From Octopus vulgaris (taxonomy: Eukaryota): a stretch of DNA of 64,000 nucleotides. The translations under genes were made by a program, and so were the position numbers. The first letter of the stretch is position 1; each line of letters begins with the position of its first letter. Below the pieces are notes generated by a model. The model searched no databases. It saw nothing but the letters and a program-made list of their open reading frames with translations, and was not told the DNA's origin. This document shows, one piece after another, positions 1 through 14,614 of the stretch. The DNA lies in contig OX597827.1 of the NCBI GenBank assembly GCA_951406725.2, positions 27,528,001 through 27,592,000 of the forward strand, in the 5' to 3' direction.

Positions 1-1358
1 ATCTAACAAAGACCTTTGACTCGGTAAGTAGAAACGGCCTCTTCATCCTGCTCCAAAAAATCGGATGTCCACCAAAGCTGCTGAGGATCATCAAGTCTTT
101 CCATGACAATATGCAAGGCACCATACAGTACAATGGTTCAACATCAGCCTTCCAAATAAAAAAACGGGGTAAAACAAGGTTGTGTCCTCGCTCCTACATT
201 ATTTGGCATTTTCTTCTCGCTCTTGCTCTCACATGCCTTTCAGACATCAGATGATGGAGTGTTTCTGCACTGTAGAAGTGACAGGAAACTGTTCAATCTC
301 TCGCGCCTGCGTGCCAAGACCAAAATCAGAAACGTCCTGATTAAGGAGATGCTATTTACTGATGATGCCGCTCTGGTATCACACACAGAAGAAGCCCTCC
401 AAAGACTCATTAACTGTTTTGAGCAAGCATGTGACGACTTTGGCTTAGCTAACAGCCTTAAGAAGACCAACATCATGGGTCAGGCTACATCGGACATCCC
501 AAACATACATATTGGAGACCACAGATTACAGGAGGTGGAGAAGTTTACCTATCTTGGCTCTATCGTCACCTATAACCTATCCCTTGACGCCGAGCTCAAT
601 ATACGCATTGGCAAGGCAGCTGCTGTGATGGCCCAACTCTCCAAACGGGCATGAGACAACAATAAGCTGACCAAGACCACGAAAATGAAGATCTACCAGG
701 CATGTGCACTTAGCACTCTACTGTATGGAAGTGAGACTTGGACGCTATACACACGCCAAGAGCGTCGCCTAAACATCTTTCACCTGCGCTGCCTCCGGAA
801 AATCCTCCGCATCAAATGGCAGAATCATATCCCCAACAAAGATGTCCTCAAGCAAGCAGGAATACCAAGCATGTTTGCACTCCTCACACAAAGACGTATG
901 AGATGGCTCGGGCATGTTAGCCGTATGAAAGATGGCAGAATCCCCAAGGACATACTCTACGGAGAGCTTGCTAGGGGTACTAGGTCTGTGGGTAGACCGT
1001 TCTTACGTTACAAGGATGTTTGCAAAAGGGACATGAAGGCCTGCAACATCAATATTAGCGGTTGGGAAGCAATTGCCAGCAACCGTGGAGATTGGCGACG
1101 TACCGCAAAAGAGGGAATACAAAGAAGTGACAGAGAGAGAGAGGAGAAATGGAAAGACAAGAAAAGACGTCAACAAGAAACTATGACACTACAACCAGCC
1201 AGGAACAGTCTTCGCTACATTTGCGGTACCTGCGAGAGGGAGTGTTTGTCCAGGATAGGACTACAGCAGGAAATGTATCAGGACATGAAATGTAAAAGGC
1301 CGGACTGGACTATTTTTTGCGCAACTCCATTGTCTCCCGAGACAAAAAGGATGCCAAT

Positions 1359-1361
<3 letters not shown>
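1..1361 (+). mobile_element. RTE-clade LINE, 3' part of ORF2 (RT, thumb, C-terminal Cys motif); decayed and cut by the window start
   Basis: Translates to DLTKTFDSVSR...GVKQGCVLAPTLFGIFF...MLFTDDAAL...LLYGSETW...RWLGHVSRM.DGRIPK.ILYGEL...YICGTCERECLSRIGL, typical RTE/BovB-like motifs. Frameshift in the A-run near 160, in-frame TGA at 652-654, ends in (TA)n. Confidence 0.93.
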
Positions 1362-1420
<59 letters not shown>

Positions 1421-1427
<7 letters not shown>

Positions 1428-1720
1428 ATCACGTGACCGACCAGACCATCAGACGTTGTTACACATCGCTAGTCACAATGCGTTCGCATTGTTTTAGCCT
1501 CTGAATGATGCCACCCCGCTGGCTAAGCGAGCAGGCCAACAGAAGAAAGAGTGAGAGAAAGAGTACAGCAAGGATCACCACCCTCTGTCGGAGCCTCGTG
1601 GAGCTTTTTAGGTGTTTTCGCTCAATAAACACTCACAACGCCCGGTCTGGGAATCGAAACCACGATCCTACGACCGTGAGTCCGCTGCCCACTGGACCAT
1701 TGCCCACTGGCCATTGCGCC
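1421..1720 (-). mobile_element. tRNA-derived SINE (family C here)
   Basis: Minus strand starts AGGCGCAATGGCCAGTGG..., B-box GGTTTCGATTCC, ends TCACGTGATCACGTGA; flanked by (TA)n; second copy at 60139-60308. Confidence 0.8.
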
Positions 1721-1782
<62 letters not shown>

Positions 1783-1787
<5 letters not shown>

Positions 1788-2352
1788 CACTTGAATTGAA
1801 ATTAAGTTTCCCGAAAATTAAACATATCTAATATAATAAATAATGTGAATGTCAGTGTGTCACACTTTTTCAACTTTACTCCTAGATGCCATAGCCCAGC
1901 ACATCATACCATTTTGGAATCAAGCTGACTTCATGAGTGAATTAAAACATTCTGAGCCGAATCCGGACCCACAATCCTGACATTTCGGATTCTCAAATTT
2001 TCATTACTGTGATTGTTTTCGGCGATTTTTTACTTGAATTTTTGCGACTAATCTTTTTTTATGATAATAATTTTTATAATCTAAAGGCCAAATCAGCGAG
2101 TAAATTAAAAACATTCCGGGCCGAATCTAGACCTGCTATCTTGAAATTTTGGATTCCTATATTTTCATTTCTGCGATTGTTTTCGGCGATTTCTTTGACG
2201 TAATTTTTTGCGACGAATATGATCATGATTGGGATATGACTCTGGAGGAAGCAATTGCAACAAATTCTCCAAAACAAGTCAAAGGTCTGTTTGCAGATCT
2301 TCCCATTCGGGGTTCGTGGCTTAAAAGCTATATACTAGCATAAAAGCCTAGT
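1783..2352 (+). mobile_element. Probable Helitron-derived remnant with a ~163-bp diverged internal tandem duplication
   Basis: 2212-2302 encodes DEYDHDWDMTLEEAIATNSPKQVKGLFADL, resembling the RepHel motif DDxEWxxxLxEAxxxxxPxxLRxLFAxIL; ends CTAG|T at 2348-2352; 1936-2035 resembles 2098-2200. Confidence 0.45.
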
Positions 2353-3384
2353 ATACATATATTTCCAAGTGTATATATATATATATAATATATATATATA
2401 GAGAGAGAGAGAGGGAGAGATACCCAGAAGTGGCTGTATGGTAAGAAGCTTGCTTCCCACTGCGCATGTGTTGTTGGTACCACTGATAGGAGTCACCAGG
2501 TTTGAAGCTGGTGAAATAGTGATTAAAAAAGCTGAACTGTAAGGTAAGACTTTTGTTTTTTGGGTCCGGTGGGGGCTTGTTGTTTGCCGTAATTATTTTG
2601 TTACAAACAAGAAGTCCTCACTGGATTCTGGACTCTGGTCTCCTACAGTTGAGTGAATAGTTTTCTTACTTAATTGTGAAATTTTTGGTTTTGGAGGCGT
2701 ATCTCGCTTCCAAAAAATTTGTTCACTTTTAGTGAATAGTTTTTTTTTTCCAAAAATTGTGAGAATTCCCCGAAGCTACATCTTCTTTTACCAATTTTTG
2801 TAGAAGCTGTGTTCCAAGTTTTGGCGTTCCGGGTTCAAGTCGGATTACCAAATAGGCCTGGATTACCGAGTAGCCAGAACTTTTGCTTGCTGTGTTTTTT
2901 TTAACTGTAGACTGTTTTCTTTCCTTCTTCAATCTTTTTTGTGACTTTCTTTTTATTGAATTGTTTTTTTTTCTTCCTTCCTTTTTGTTGTGATTTTCTT
3001 TTGATTTCTGCCTTTTTCTTCCTTTTTTAGAATTTTTCTATCTGAACTGCTTTTGGACTTTTAATTAAAAAAAAAACATGGCAAAGAACAAGGAGTGGGA
3101 AATTGTCCCACCCAAACAGTGGTTGAAAAGCTATGAAATAGAGAACGGTGGTGTTGTGGACTTACTCCAAGTCGCTCGACACCATCGCCCTGTTTCAAAA
3201 GAATGTTATCGAAAGGGAGTTGGCAGAGTATCTCCAGGGGAGTCAAATATGCAACGGGGTGGTAGCTATTTGACACCTCTGTGCTTAAATGAGGCATGGG
3301 TGATGGCGGAGGATGGGGTCACAAGCGATGTTGAGGAGGAATATGGATAAGAGGTTGAAAAGCCTCAGTGTTGTTGAAAGTTCC

Positions 3385-3590
3385 TATGTATGTGTGTGTA
3401 TGTGTATGTGTTTGTTCCCCCCATCGCTTGACAACCGATGTTGGTGAATTTACGTCCCCGTAACTTAGCGGTTCAGCAAAGGAGGCCGATAGGATAAGTA
3501 CTAGGCTTGCAAAGAATGAGTTGTCCAGTATGGCCGCAGTCGAATGATTTAAACCAGTGAAAGAATAGAAGAATAAAAGAATAAAAGAAA
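3385..3590 (+). mobile_element. 3' half of family A SINE (a head fragment lies at 2426-2460)
   Basis: Matches the 3' half of the full copies (cttgacaaccgatg...cttagcggttc...aagaataaaag). Confidence 0.8.
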
Positions 3591-3997
3591 ACTCGTTGTT
3601 ACTACAGGTAGTGATAGTGGTAGTGGTGGTGATGGTGACGAACGTGGTTGTTGCGTGGATGGCAAATGGTGGTGGTGGTGGTGGTGATAGTAACAACAAT
3701 GATATTGCTGTTCTCACTGGTCATTCCTCTTACTACTACTCATTTCTCATTTGCTATTGTAACGAGAACCATAATAATTTTTGTTATTGAATATGGTGAA
3801 CAATGTAAGAGGTTTTTTGCCTCATGAATGATATAAAGATCAATGTTCTCGGGAAAGAACGATGGGCGGGCGTCGCTTTCCCCCCCATCCCATTAATCCT
3901 CATTTTCATTTTTCATTTCATATAACATAATGTCTGTGTCCAACTCGCAGCTTCCTTTCTCTATGTAAGGCCTTTATGGCCAATATAATGAAATAAA

Positions 3998-4121
3998 GAA
4001 GCTTGTTTCCCAACACATGGTTCCAGTTTCAGTCCTACTGCGTAGCACCTCGGGAAAGTGTCTTGTACTATAACCTCGGGCCGACCAAAACCTTGTGAGT
4101 GAGTTTGGTAGACGGAAACTG
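3998..4121 (+). mobile_element. 5' fragment of family A SINE
   Basis: agcttgtttcccaacacatggttcc...ctcgggccgaccaaaaccttgtgagtg...ggtagacggaaactga. Confidence 0.75.
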
Positions 4122-5199
4122 AGCTTAGCTACCCTGAACCCTGTTCAAGTGCGTTCTAGCTATGATCACGTTGTTGGGAGAACACATTATATAATGTAGT
4201 GCTTCATGTAGCACTACATTATATACCGTTTCTGTTTTCGTTTCTCTTCATCTTGAAATGTGCACGTTGGGGGATGTTTCGCTGTTGCTTCTAGCAATTC
4301 GAATGACTACACCGAGACTTCCTCATTGTCACTTGGTAGACAGTAATGTCTGATTATTTGAGTTATATGCAGCAAAAAAAAAAATGAATAAAGAATAAAT
4401 AAAATAAAAACTCAAATATAGTTCTGTATGTTAAATTTGACCTTTCGACTATCAAACTGTGTCCGAGAGATGTAGATGTAACGATCAAATAACAACAAAG
4501 ATTAGACAAAGAACCAAAGAAAAAAAAATGTTTGTTTCCTTCCATAGGTTATAATTATGGATTTATTTAACACGGCTGGCATGTCAACCGCCCATTCTTC
4601 TACTGCAGCAGCAGCAACAACAACAACCACATAAAAAATAACAGCAACAACAATAGCAACAGAGAAAATGTCGAGGAAAATGTACGTAGGCGATTCATGA
4701 CGCAGGAATGACAGAACGGTTAAATGTTCCGATAGCAGCGTGATTTTTCTGTGTATGTCTGTCTTTGTTTATTAAGTTAGCAAGAGATTATAGTGATCCC
4801 TCGTGTTTCCCCTTGTTTATGGAGGGAGACATGTGCTTTACCTTATGTGTGTCTGGGCTGCATTTTCCCCAGTACCATACGTCAGTGAAATGTTTCGAAA
4901 TGTTCGATGCTTTTGACATATTCATCTATTTAATAAAATGCTCATACACCCAGTACAGTTTAATTCCTGGCAGGAGCAACCGTTTTTGAGAAGAGGGCTG
5001 CATGAGATATGCCTTGTCATCAGACGGACCACACTTCTAAAAACATTCAAGGTATTTTTTTTTTGTTAGGTATGCTATTCAGAAAGTCCTTCTGGTCTCA
5101 GCTTGTCCATGGCTGGTTTAATTCCGCTTTCGGAAAAGAAATGAAACCGGTGCAATAAGTTTTTCTTGGGCCTCAACTTTTAATTTCATAGTGTTCCTG

Positions 5200-5815
5200 T
5201 CAAGCGCTTTATTTGCGGAAATATCTATTATTATAGATTTACCACCAGCTTCTCAAGTCACCAGGGAATCGCATCAACTGATTCTTGTGGGATGGAAGAC
5301 ATAAATTCTCGTATTCACCCTTCAAGTCCTCCCAAATTCGTTGGTTTGGTAGAGTAGACTTTCTCATTTAACCAACCCCAAAGAAAAAAGTCGCAGAGTG
5401 ATAAATCAGGGCTTTTGGCCGGTCAGTCATGCGAACCTCGACGAATTGGAAGGACCAATTCTTCGAGTATCAGCTAAAGATCTTGTAGTCATTACTTTTG
5501 CATGACAATTCTTGAATCGTCTTTGCATCAACTTGAGCATGTCTTCCTCTATGGTCCTCCGATATCTTTGCACTTGAACAATTGAACTCCAAACTTCGTC
5601 GCGTACCGCTAGCTGTGTACGCTACTGCACAGAAAGATGTCCAGCCATGTTTGTAGGGCTTCTAAATTTCAAATAAAATAATCGATCTGATAAAAAACAA
5701 CAGAATCAATTCCCATATATTAAAGAACATACACAACAAATTTGAGAAAAAATTTATAGTTAATAAATAATTTATAAGTATTTTAAAATAGGGAGTTACT
5801 TTTCAATCACCCTAT
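5200..5815 (-). mobile_element. Internally deleted Tc1/mariner-superfamily transposon remnant
   Basis: Minus strand gives D*PAKSPDLSLCDFFLWGWLNEKVYSTKP (WPxxSPDLxPxDFFLWG motif) joined to an N-terminal HTH-like piece; right end CAATCACCCTATA resembles a CACCCTGTA-type TIR plus TA. Left TIR not resolved. Confidence 0.72.
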
Positions 5816-5818
5816 ACA

Positions 5819-5854
<36 letters not shown>

Positions 5855-5865
5855 TATACGCACAC

Positions 5866-6004
5866 ACGACAGGTTTCTTTTAGTTTCGTCTACGTAACAC
5901 CCTCACAAAGCTTTGGTCGGCCCGAGGCTATTGCAGAAGACACTTGCCGAAGGTGCCAGGCAGTGAGACTGAACCCGGGAAGCAAGCTTCTTACTACACA
6001 GCCT
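5866..6004 (-). mobile_element. 5' fragment of family A SINE
   Basis: Reverse complement of the family A head and core. Confidence 0.7.
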
Positions 6005-6350
6005 CACCCCAGCTAAAAGTGGTTGCACTGTCACTTTGTAGTGATGGTGTTAGTGATCGTAGTATTGGTAGAAGTAGTAGTGATGGTGGTGTGGTGTAAT
6101 AGTTGTGGCTGTTGTGGTGGATGTGTTGTTGATGTTGTTGTTGCTTATCACCACCCCCCACAAGTCAACCCAGATTTCATACACCTTTCACGAAATGCTA
6201 TCCCCTATTCCTTTTCCCTTCAAATATAGTTTATCTAAAATTTAATTACATAATATGGCTTAGTTTCCTTTATTTTCAAAAACGGTTAAGCTTCCTTTTC
6301 AGGAGAGAATAAATTGCTATTTTAACCGGTAGAGCGATTGCCATAAAAAG

Positions 6351-6881
<531 letters not shown>

Positions 6882-7344
6882 ACTCGTTGTTACTACAGGT
6901 AGTGATGGTGGTGGTGGTGGAGGTGGTGACGAACGTGGTTGTTGTGTGGATGGCAAGTGGTTGTGATAGTGGTGGTGCTCGTGGTGCTGGTGGTGGTGGT
7001 CATGGTAACAACAATGATATTACTGTTCTCACTGGTCATTCCTCTTACTGCCTCCCCTTTCTCATTTGCTATTGTAACGAGAACCATAATAATTTTTGTT
7101 TGTGTCTAAATTACCAGAAAAATTTTCCCTTAAACCAAGAATTTTAATAACAAATTTAACCCTTTTAAAAGGAGTCAAGGAAATCGACCGATTCGCTTCA
7201 TTGACTTCTGGTTATAATTCCAACAAAACAATTAAAAATGACAATAACTCAGTCAAACATGGGTGAAGGATTTTCACCAAAACAATCGAAGCGCAAATGA
7301 TATCTCACTTTGTTAACGAAGAATAGTAATGATAATAATGGTTT

Positions 7345-7772
7345 CAAATTTTGCCACAAGGGCAACAATTTTGGGGTAAGGAATGTGTCGATTATATCGA
7401 CCTAAGTGTACAACTGGTACTTATTTTATCGACCCCGAAAATATGAAATGCAAAGTCGACCTTGGCGGAACTCAGAACATAAAGACTGACGAAACGCTGC
7501 TAAGCATTCTGTTCGGTGTGATAACGGTTCTGCTCGCTGCTTACATAATAATAATAATCCTTTTTACTATAGGCAAAAGGCCTGAAAATTTGTGGGTGGG
7601 GACTGGTCGATTACATCGACCCCAGTACTCAAATGTTACTTAATGTATCTATCCCGAAAAAATGAAAGGCAATGTCGACATTGGCGGAATTTGATCTTAG
7701 AATGCGGCTTCGGGTGAAATACCGCTAAGCATTTCATCCAACGTGCTAACGATTCTGCCAGTTCGCTACCTT
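7345..7772 (-). mobile_element. Two tandem family B SINE copies (about 7345-7540 and 7560-7772)
   Basis: Reverse complement of ggcgagctggcagaa.cgttagc...gagttcaaattccgccgaggtcgactttgcctttcatcctttcggggtcgat, as seen at 35502. Confidence 0.78.
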
Positions 7773-7789
7773 ATAATATGATGATGATG

Positions 7790-8437
<648 letters not shown>

Positions 8438-8441
8438 AATA

Positions 8442-8499
<58 letters not shown>

Positions 8500-8500
8500 C

Positions 8501-8564
<64 letters not shown>

Positions 8565-8714
8565 GACTCTCTCGTCGAAATCGACGTATGAATGTTCATC
8601 TTTTGCCGAACTACCTTCACAAATGATATGTTTAGATCGATCAAGAGGTATGTGCTGCGCATTAGCCCACTCTTTCCATCATATTGACATTATCTGAATA
8701 GGTGCTCTGTGTGC

Positions 8715-8862
8715 CACCCGCCAGGTGTCGATGTGATCGCTGAGCAACGTGCGATGAAGTGTTTTGTTTAAGGACACAAAACACAAACCAGTCTTGGAAT
8801 TGAAACCAGGATCTCGCGATCACGAATGCAACACTCTAAACACTAGGCCAGCTGCCCTCACT
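8715..8862 (-). mobile_element. Degenerate tRNA-derived SINE head
   Basis: Minus strand TGGCCTAGTG (A box)...GGTTTCAATTCC (B box)...tgtgtccttaaacaaaacactt; related fragment at 61655-61750. Confidence 0.6.
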
Positions 8863-9827
8863 TCAATAATAATAATAACAATTTTGTTATTGGCCACAAG
8901 GGTCCGAGCACACAGTAAGGTAGCAAATATTAAAGAGGGAACTTACTAAGTGCGTACGATTTGGAGCAAAAATGGGGTGAGGTGAACAACGTTATATAAT
9001 TAAATATAATTGAATAATTATAAAATAATTATTCAATAATTAGATATAATTAAATAATTGTATAATTAAATGTAATTGAATATAATTATATTTAAAAACA
9101 ACTAAAATAAACCTATAAACGTAAATAATGAGGGAATATTTATATAAAATTAGACAAAATACTATATGCTATATTCATATATATATATATATATATGATA
9201 TATATATTTATTTATAAGATATATATAAATATAAGCTATATAAACATTAATTAATAATTCACATCCATTAATTAAGCCCTCTCTCTAGACTTCTCCTCTT
9301 TCTCCTCCCCTTCTTATTCTCCTACTCTTTTCTCCCTTTCCTTCTCTTCATCCTTACACCCTCTTCCCCCTCATCTTCCCCCTCTCCTCCATCCTCCTCC
9401 TTCTCCTCCTCTACCCCTATTCTCATTTCTCCTCCTCTTTTTCCACGCTACTCCTTTCTCAATACATGATCTCAAATGAGTTCCGCATCCAGTGAAAGGG
9501 GCGTAATATATGACTGGTATTGTATTGATTAATGATAGTATAAATTTGAACCAAAGACCAGAACTCAGGATTATATAGAGCCGCGCTTTCATCTTGTTTT
9601 GAGTCATATGGGTGTTCTATATACACGTGTATATGTAATCATAATTTCTTAAGTAACAAGAAGACGGATTTGGTATTTATCTTTATTTTGGACAACGTTC
9701 GTTTCCACCCATCCTGCTACAATCCCTTTTTGCGGGGACTGGGTTCAAAATGTGTTGCATCCATTTTGCAGTCTGCGTCTCATTGCGTACATCCATACAT
9801 ATGGCTGTGTCTCACTGCAGATCTTGA

Positions 9828-9902
<75 letters not shown>

Positions 9903-10685
9903 TATATATATATATACATAGATATACATACGTACATATATATATATGTTATTTATATTATTATCTAGTTGAACGCCACGCATCCATTTCCAAGTAAGAT
10001 TATCTTAACCTTTTATTTTTGATGCGACTCTACTCTATACTCTTTGCTCCCCTATCCTTCTCTAATTCCCATTTTCTCTCTCCCCCTCTATCTCTTTTCT
10101 CTCTCTCTCGCTCTCGTTGCTCACGCGTGACCATCATCCATCTTTCTTTTCCTCACGTGAACATCTTTCTTTTCTTGCACGACGTTCTAAAGACTAGACG
10201 ACTCCTACCTCTCTCTTCTCTCTTTTTCTCTTTTCAAAGAAACTATTTCCCCCAGCATTCACTATTTTCCTCTCGTTCTGGTCTAACGTTTGTTTTCGTT
10301 CGGTTTCCTTGTATGTCTCCACTGTCCTGTTTTTGTTCCCAACTTTGACCCGCCAAAAATCCCAAATTTTATTTTCGGAATAATGGGCGCAACTATCTTC
10401 GAAGACTCAAATTGTCATTGAATGCTCGAAATGAGGAGTAGATAGACAGCCGACAATTGATGAAGGGTAGTTCTTTGTGTTACTTGTCATGTTTTCCATT
10501 TTTTTCTCTCCTTGTTTGCGAATTTAATTCATTTATTTTCGTACTTCATGTTGTTAACACAGTTGAGGTCCTGAGTCCATATATGCATACATACATATAT
10601 ATATATACACACAGAGAGACAGAGATAGAGACAGGGATGTAAAGATCTCTCTCTATAACATATATATTTATATGTATAGGTATGC

Positions 10686-10745
<60 letters not shown>

Positions 10746-10971
10746 AATACAGGTCACAAATTTTGGTACATATATATATATGACGCTTCGTCGGTTATAA
10801 CAACAAGGTTCCAGTTGATCCGATTCAAAGGAACAGCCTGCTCGTGAAATTAACGTGCAAGTGATTGAGCACTCTACAGACACGCGTAACATTAACATAC
10901 CTCTTAAGGATTCAACGTGACACAGGATGTGACAAGGTGGGTGTATGCATATATACATACACACACACACT

Positions 10972-11046
<75 letters not shown>

Positions 11047-11473
11047 GCACGCACGCACACACACACTCACATAAGGCGGCTAGCTGGCAGAATCATTAGT
11101 GCGCCAAATTTTATTTAATTTGATTTTCGCGGGAAGGATTATTTCATTAAAGTCGTGTATCGCCTTGACCTTCGAAACGTGGAGTAGATGAAACAAAGGC
11201 GACTAAAGAAGGGGAATTTTCCTTGTTTTGTATGTCCTGTACTATATTTTTTCGTTTTCGAAAAATGCCCATTTCCTTGGTTTTGTGTTTATGTTTTCGT
11301 TTCTCATTGTGTTCGACATTTTTTTTTTTTGGTGTCCTGTACCCATATATGCATGTATATATACATGTAGAGGTAGGTACGTACATATATGTATGTATAT
11401 ATGCATGTGTTTTATTTATTTATTAATTTATTATATGACGGAACGCACGCATCCATTTCTAAGTAAGATTGTT

Positions 11474-11509
<36 letters not shown>

Positions 11510-11516
11510 GGAAAAA

Positions 11517-11574
<58 letters not shown>

Positions 11575-12118
11575 AATTCCTATATCCTTGGTTTCATTCT
11601 TACGGTGATATTCGTTATATTAACGTTCTTGTTTATTTTGTGAAATTAAATCGCCCTAAGTTATTCATATAGCTTTCGTTATCTCGAACAAATGTTTATG
11701 CTTGAAAATTTTCTTGACTCTTATTTATTTATTTTTTCTTTATTGTGTATGTGTATGTGAGTTTGGGTATGTGTATGTGTAGGTATACGCAGGCATGTGT
11801 GTGCCTGTGTGTGCCTGTGTCTTTATTTTCATATTGTCTTACTGTAGTTTGTGAATTATATGTATATTTACTGGAACCAATTTTGCAAACGGCTTCTTAA
11901 GTGTTTATACATACATACCATACGCACACACACATACATACACGTATGTATATAGATTCATAAATCTTACGGCCATGAAGCAAGACGGCAACAATAATAA
12001 CAACAACAGCAATTACAGGAACAAAAAATAACAAAGGAAAATGATGTCATACGTTAAGTGTATATCGATTTGAAATGGAGTCAATATTTATAAAATATTG
12101 AGCTTCTATCTATCTATA

Positions 12119-12211
<93 letters not shown>

Positions 12212-12389
12212 GTATTCATTAATTCACCCCTCCCCAGCTTCCTTCCACTGCATGTCTGTATGTGTGTGTCTATATATATATATAGTATATGCTTATAAAT
12301 GTATGCAAGTATATATATATATATATGTATATATACATACACACAATATACATATATATATTTATATATATATATAAATAAATATATTG

Positions 12390-12462
<73 letters not shown>

Positions 12463-14124
12463 TAACACACACAAATACGTATATACATTTATAAGCATAT
12501 TCTGTATATATTCTGTCATGGAGAAAAGTATATATATATGTATATATATATGTATGTATATATGTAAGGGTGTATAATTTTGGCGCTCTAACTAGTGAAA
12601 TGCGTGAGTTGGATTAAATCCTCCATACTTAATTTCAAACCTCTTATATATTGACCAGTTATATTATATCTAATCCCACGTGACTAAATGCAATGTCTAA
12701 CTTGATTTCACGACATACTATCTTTCCGCCTGATGGAATTAAATCAAAATCAAATATGTCTTTTGTGGAAGATAACCAATGACTTGAACTTTCACGGTTC
12801 ATATTTGTAGTATGCTACATCCGAAATTAATTCCTTCTGTTTTATTAACTTTGTGTGAAGCAGTTTGAATTTTTAATTAGTATTTGACCACTTAACGTGA
12901 ATAATGTTTATCTTATATTAATGAAGATGACTTTTGTGGACTCTATCTGTGCCAAATTACTGGGTAAATAATGCCGTTCTATAATTTTTCTTCTGTGTAG
13001 CGTATTTCAGAATCGCTACAAACTTCTTACCTGGTCAAATATGTACATGAGGCATCGCTGCTTAGCCTTGTCACCCATATTTTACTTACGTTGAGTCGCT
13101 GAATAGCACAACGATGACGGGAATATCAAAACAGGGACCTGTCTCTCACGTCAGTTCCGCAGCGTCTCCCTTTCTGGTCTCTCCTGCTGAAGAGGAAATA
13201 ACCGTTCTGAAATGCATGCATCAATCACTCTAATTAGACGGCACTGTGAACTGACTCGGTGTAAATACACCTATTTGTCTACAGTGAGGAATTTTCTCCT
13301 TGTGAATGGCATTTGACAGGTTCAAATATACCTGAAGCATATTTAAGCCGGTAATAAGGCTGTACTTATATACATCATTGCTTTGCGCTCTCACCCCCGT
13401 ATTTTAGATGTAGTGTTATAGTTTCTCACCTCTCAGTTACATATATTAAACTCAGTAGGTCATAATGTTCCTCTCCATTTCATTACGAACTCTCCTTGTC
13501 CCTTCGACTTTATTCCCCACCTCACAAAATAGGCAGAGCGTGGGTTGTGACCACTTTACACCGCAGCCACATCAGCCGACAATTTCCTTAAACATAACGT
13601 CTTTCTTGTGCAGGAAAACACATATATTAAGTGACCATTCCGCGCGGCGGTCTTTCCACTTCATATTACTACGCTCTATGGTGCTGACTGCAACCCGTAA
13701 TACACCGGTCGGTGTACAGAGGGAGATTTGTCGAATAATTGTCTTTCCGTCTTAGAAAGTGGAAACAGAATGAAAAGTTCGTTGTGGAATATAAACGTCG
13801 AGGAATTGAGGAAGACCGTGCATACATACATACATACATACATACATACATACATACATACATACATACATACATACATACACACATGCATGCATACATA
13901 CATACATACATACACACATACATACACACATGCATACATACATGATACATGCATGCATACATACATACTTATGTTCATGCAGGCATATACATCTCTACAC
14001 ACATATATCCATATGTACGTATGAGCGTGCGTGTGTATGTATTTTTCTCTGCATATTCATATATATACAGAAATACATACATATATATATATACACGCAC
14101 AAACACACACACATGCACACAGAT

Positions 14125-14182
<58 letters not shown>

Positions 14183-14198
14183 TTTATTATATAGAAGG

Positions 14199-14249
14199 AG
14201 CTTCTACAGGACTAGAACTGTTTCATTCAAGAGAAATCTTCAGGAAGCT
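14199..14249 (-). ncRNA. Type I hammerhead ribozyme
   Basis: AGCUUC-CUGAAGA-uUUC(ucuu)GAAu-GAAA-CAG(uucuaguc)CUG-UA/GAAGCU: 6-bp stem I, intact core, GUA cleavage triplet; U-U at the base of stem II. Confidence 0.72.
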
Positions 14250-14289
14250 AGTTCATTTACTGTGGTTAACCCCGAATCAACCCGGGACC

Positions 14290-14337
<48 letters not shown>

Positions 14338-14541
14338 TATGTTAGTCGTCTTTGTGTGGTGTGTCTTCCTGTACTTATGTCTCAGATATTCAGATATTTG
14401 ATTTTGCCCTGGGCCTGTTTCATTTTTATATTACTTACTTTCGGAGAACGATTAACAATCCGTCTTTGCGAGTGAAAGTGTGGTTTGTGGAGTCCAATAC
14501 ATGTCTTGCTACTACTACTACTGTTACTACTACTACTACTT

Positions 14542-14614
<73 letters not shown>

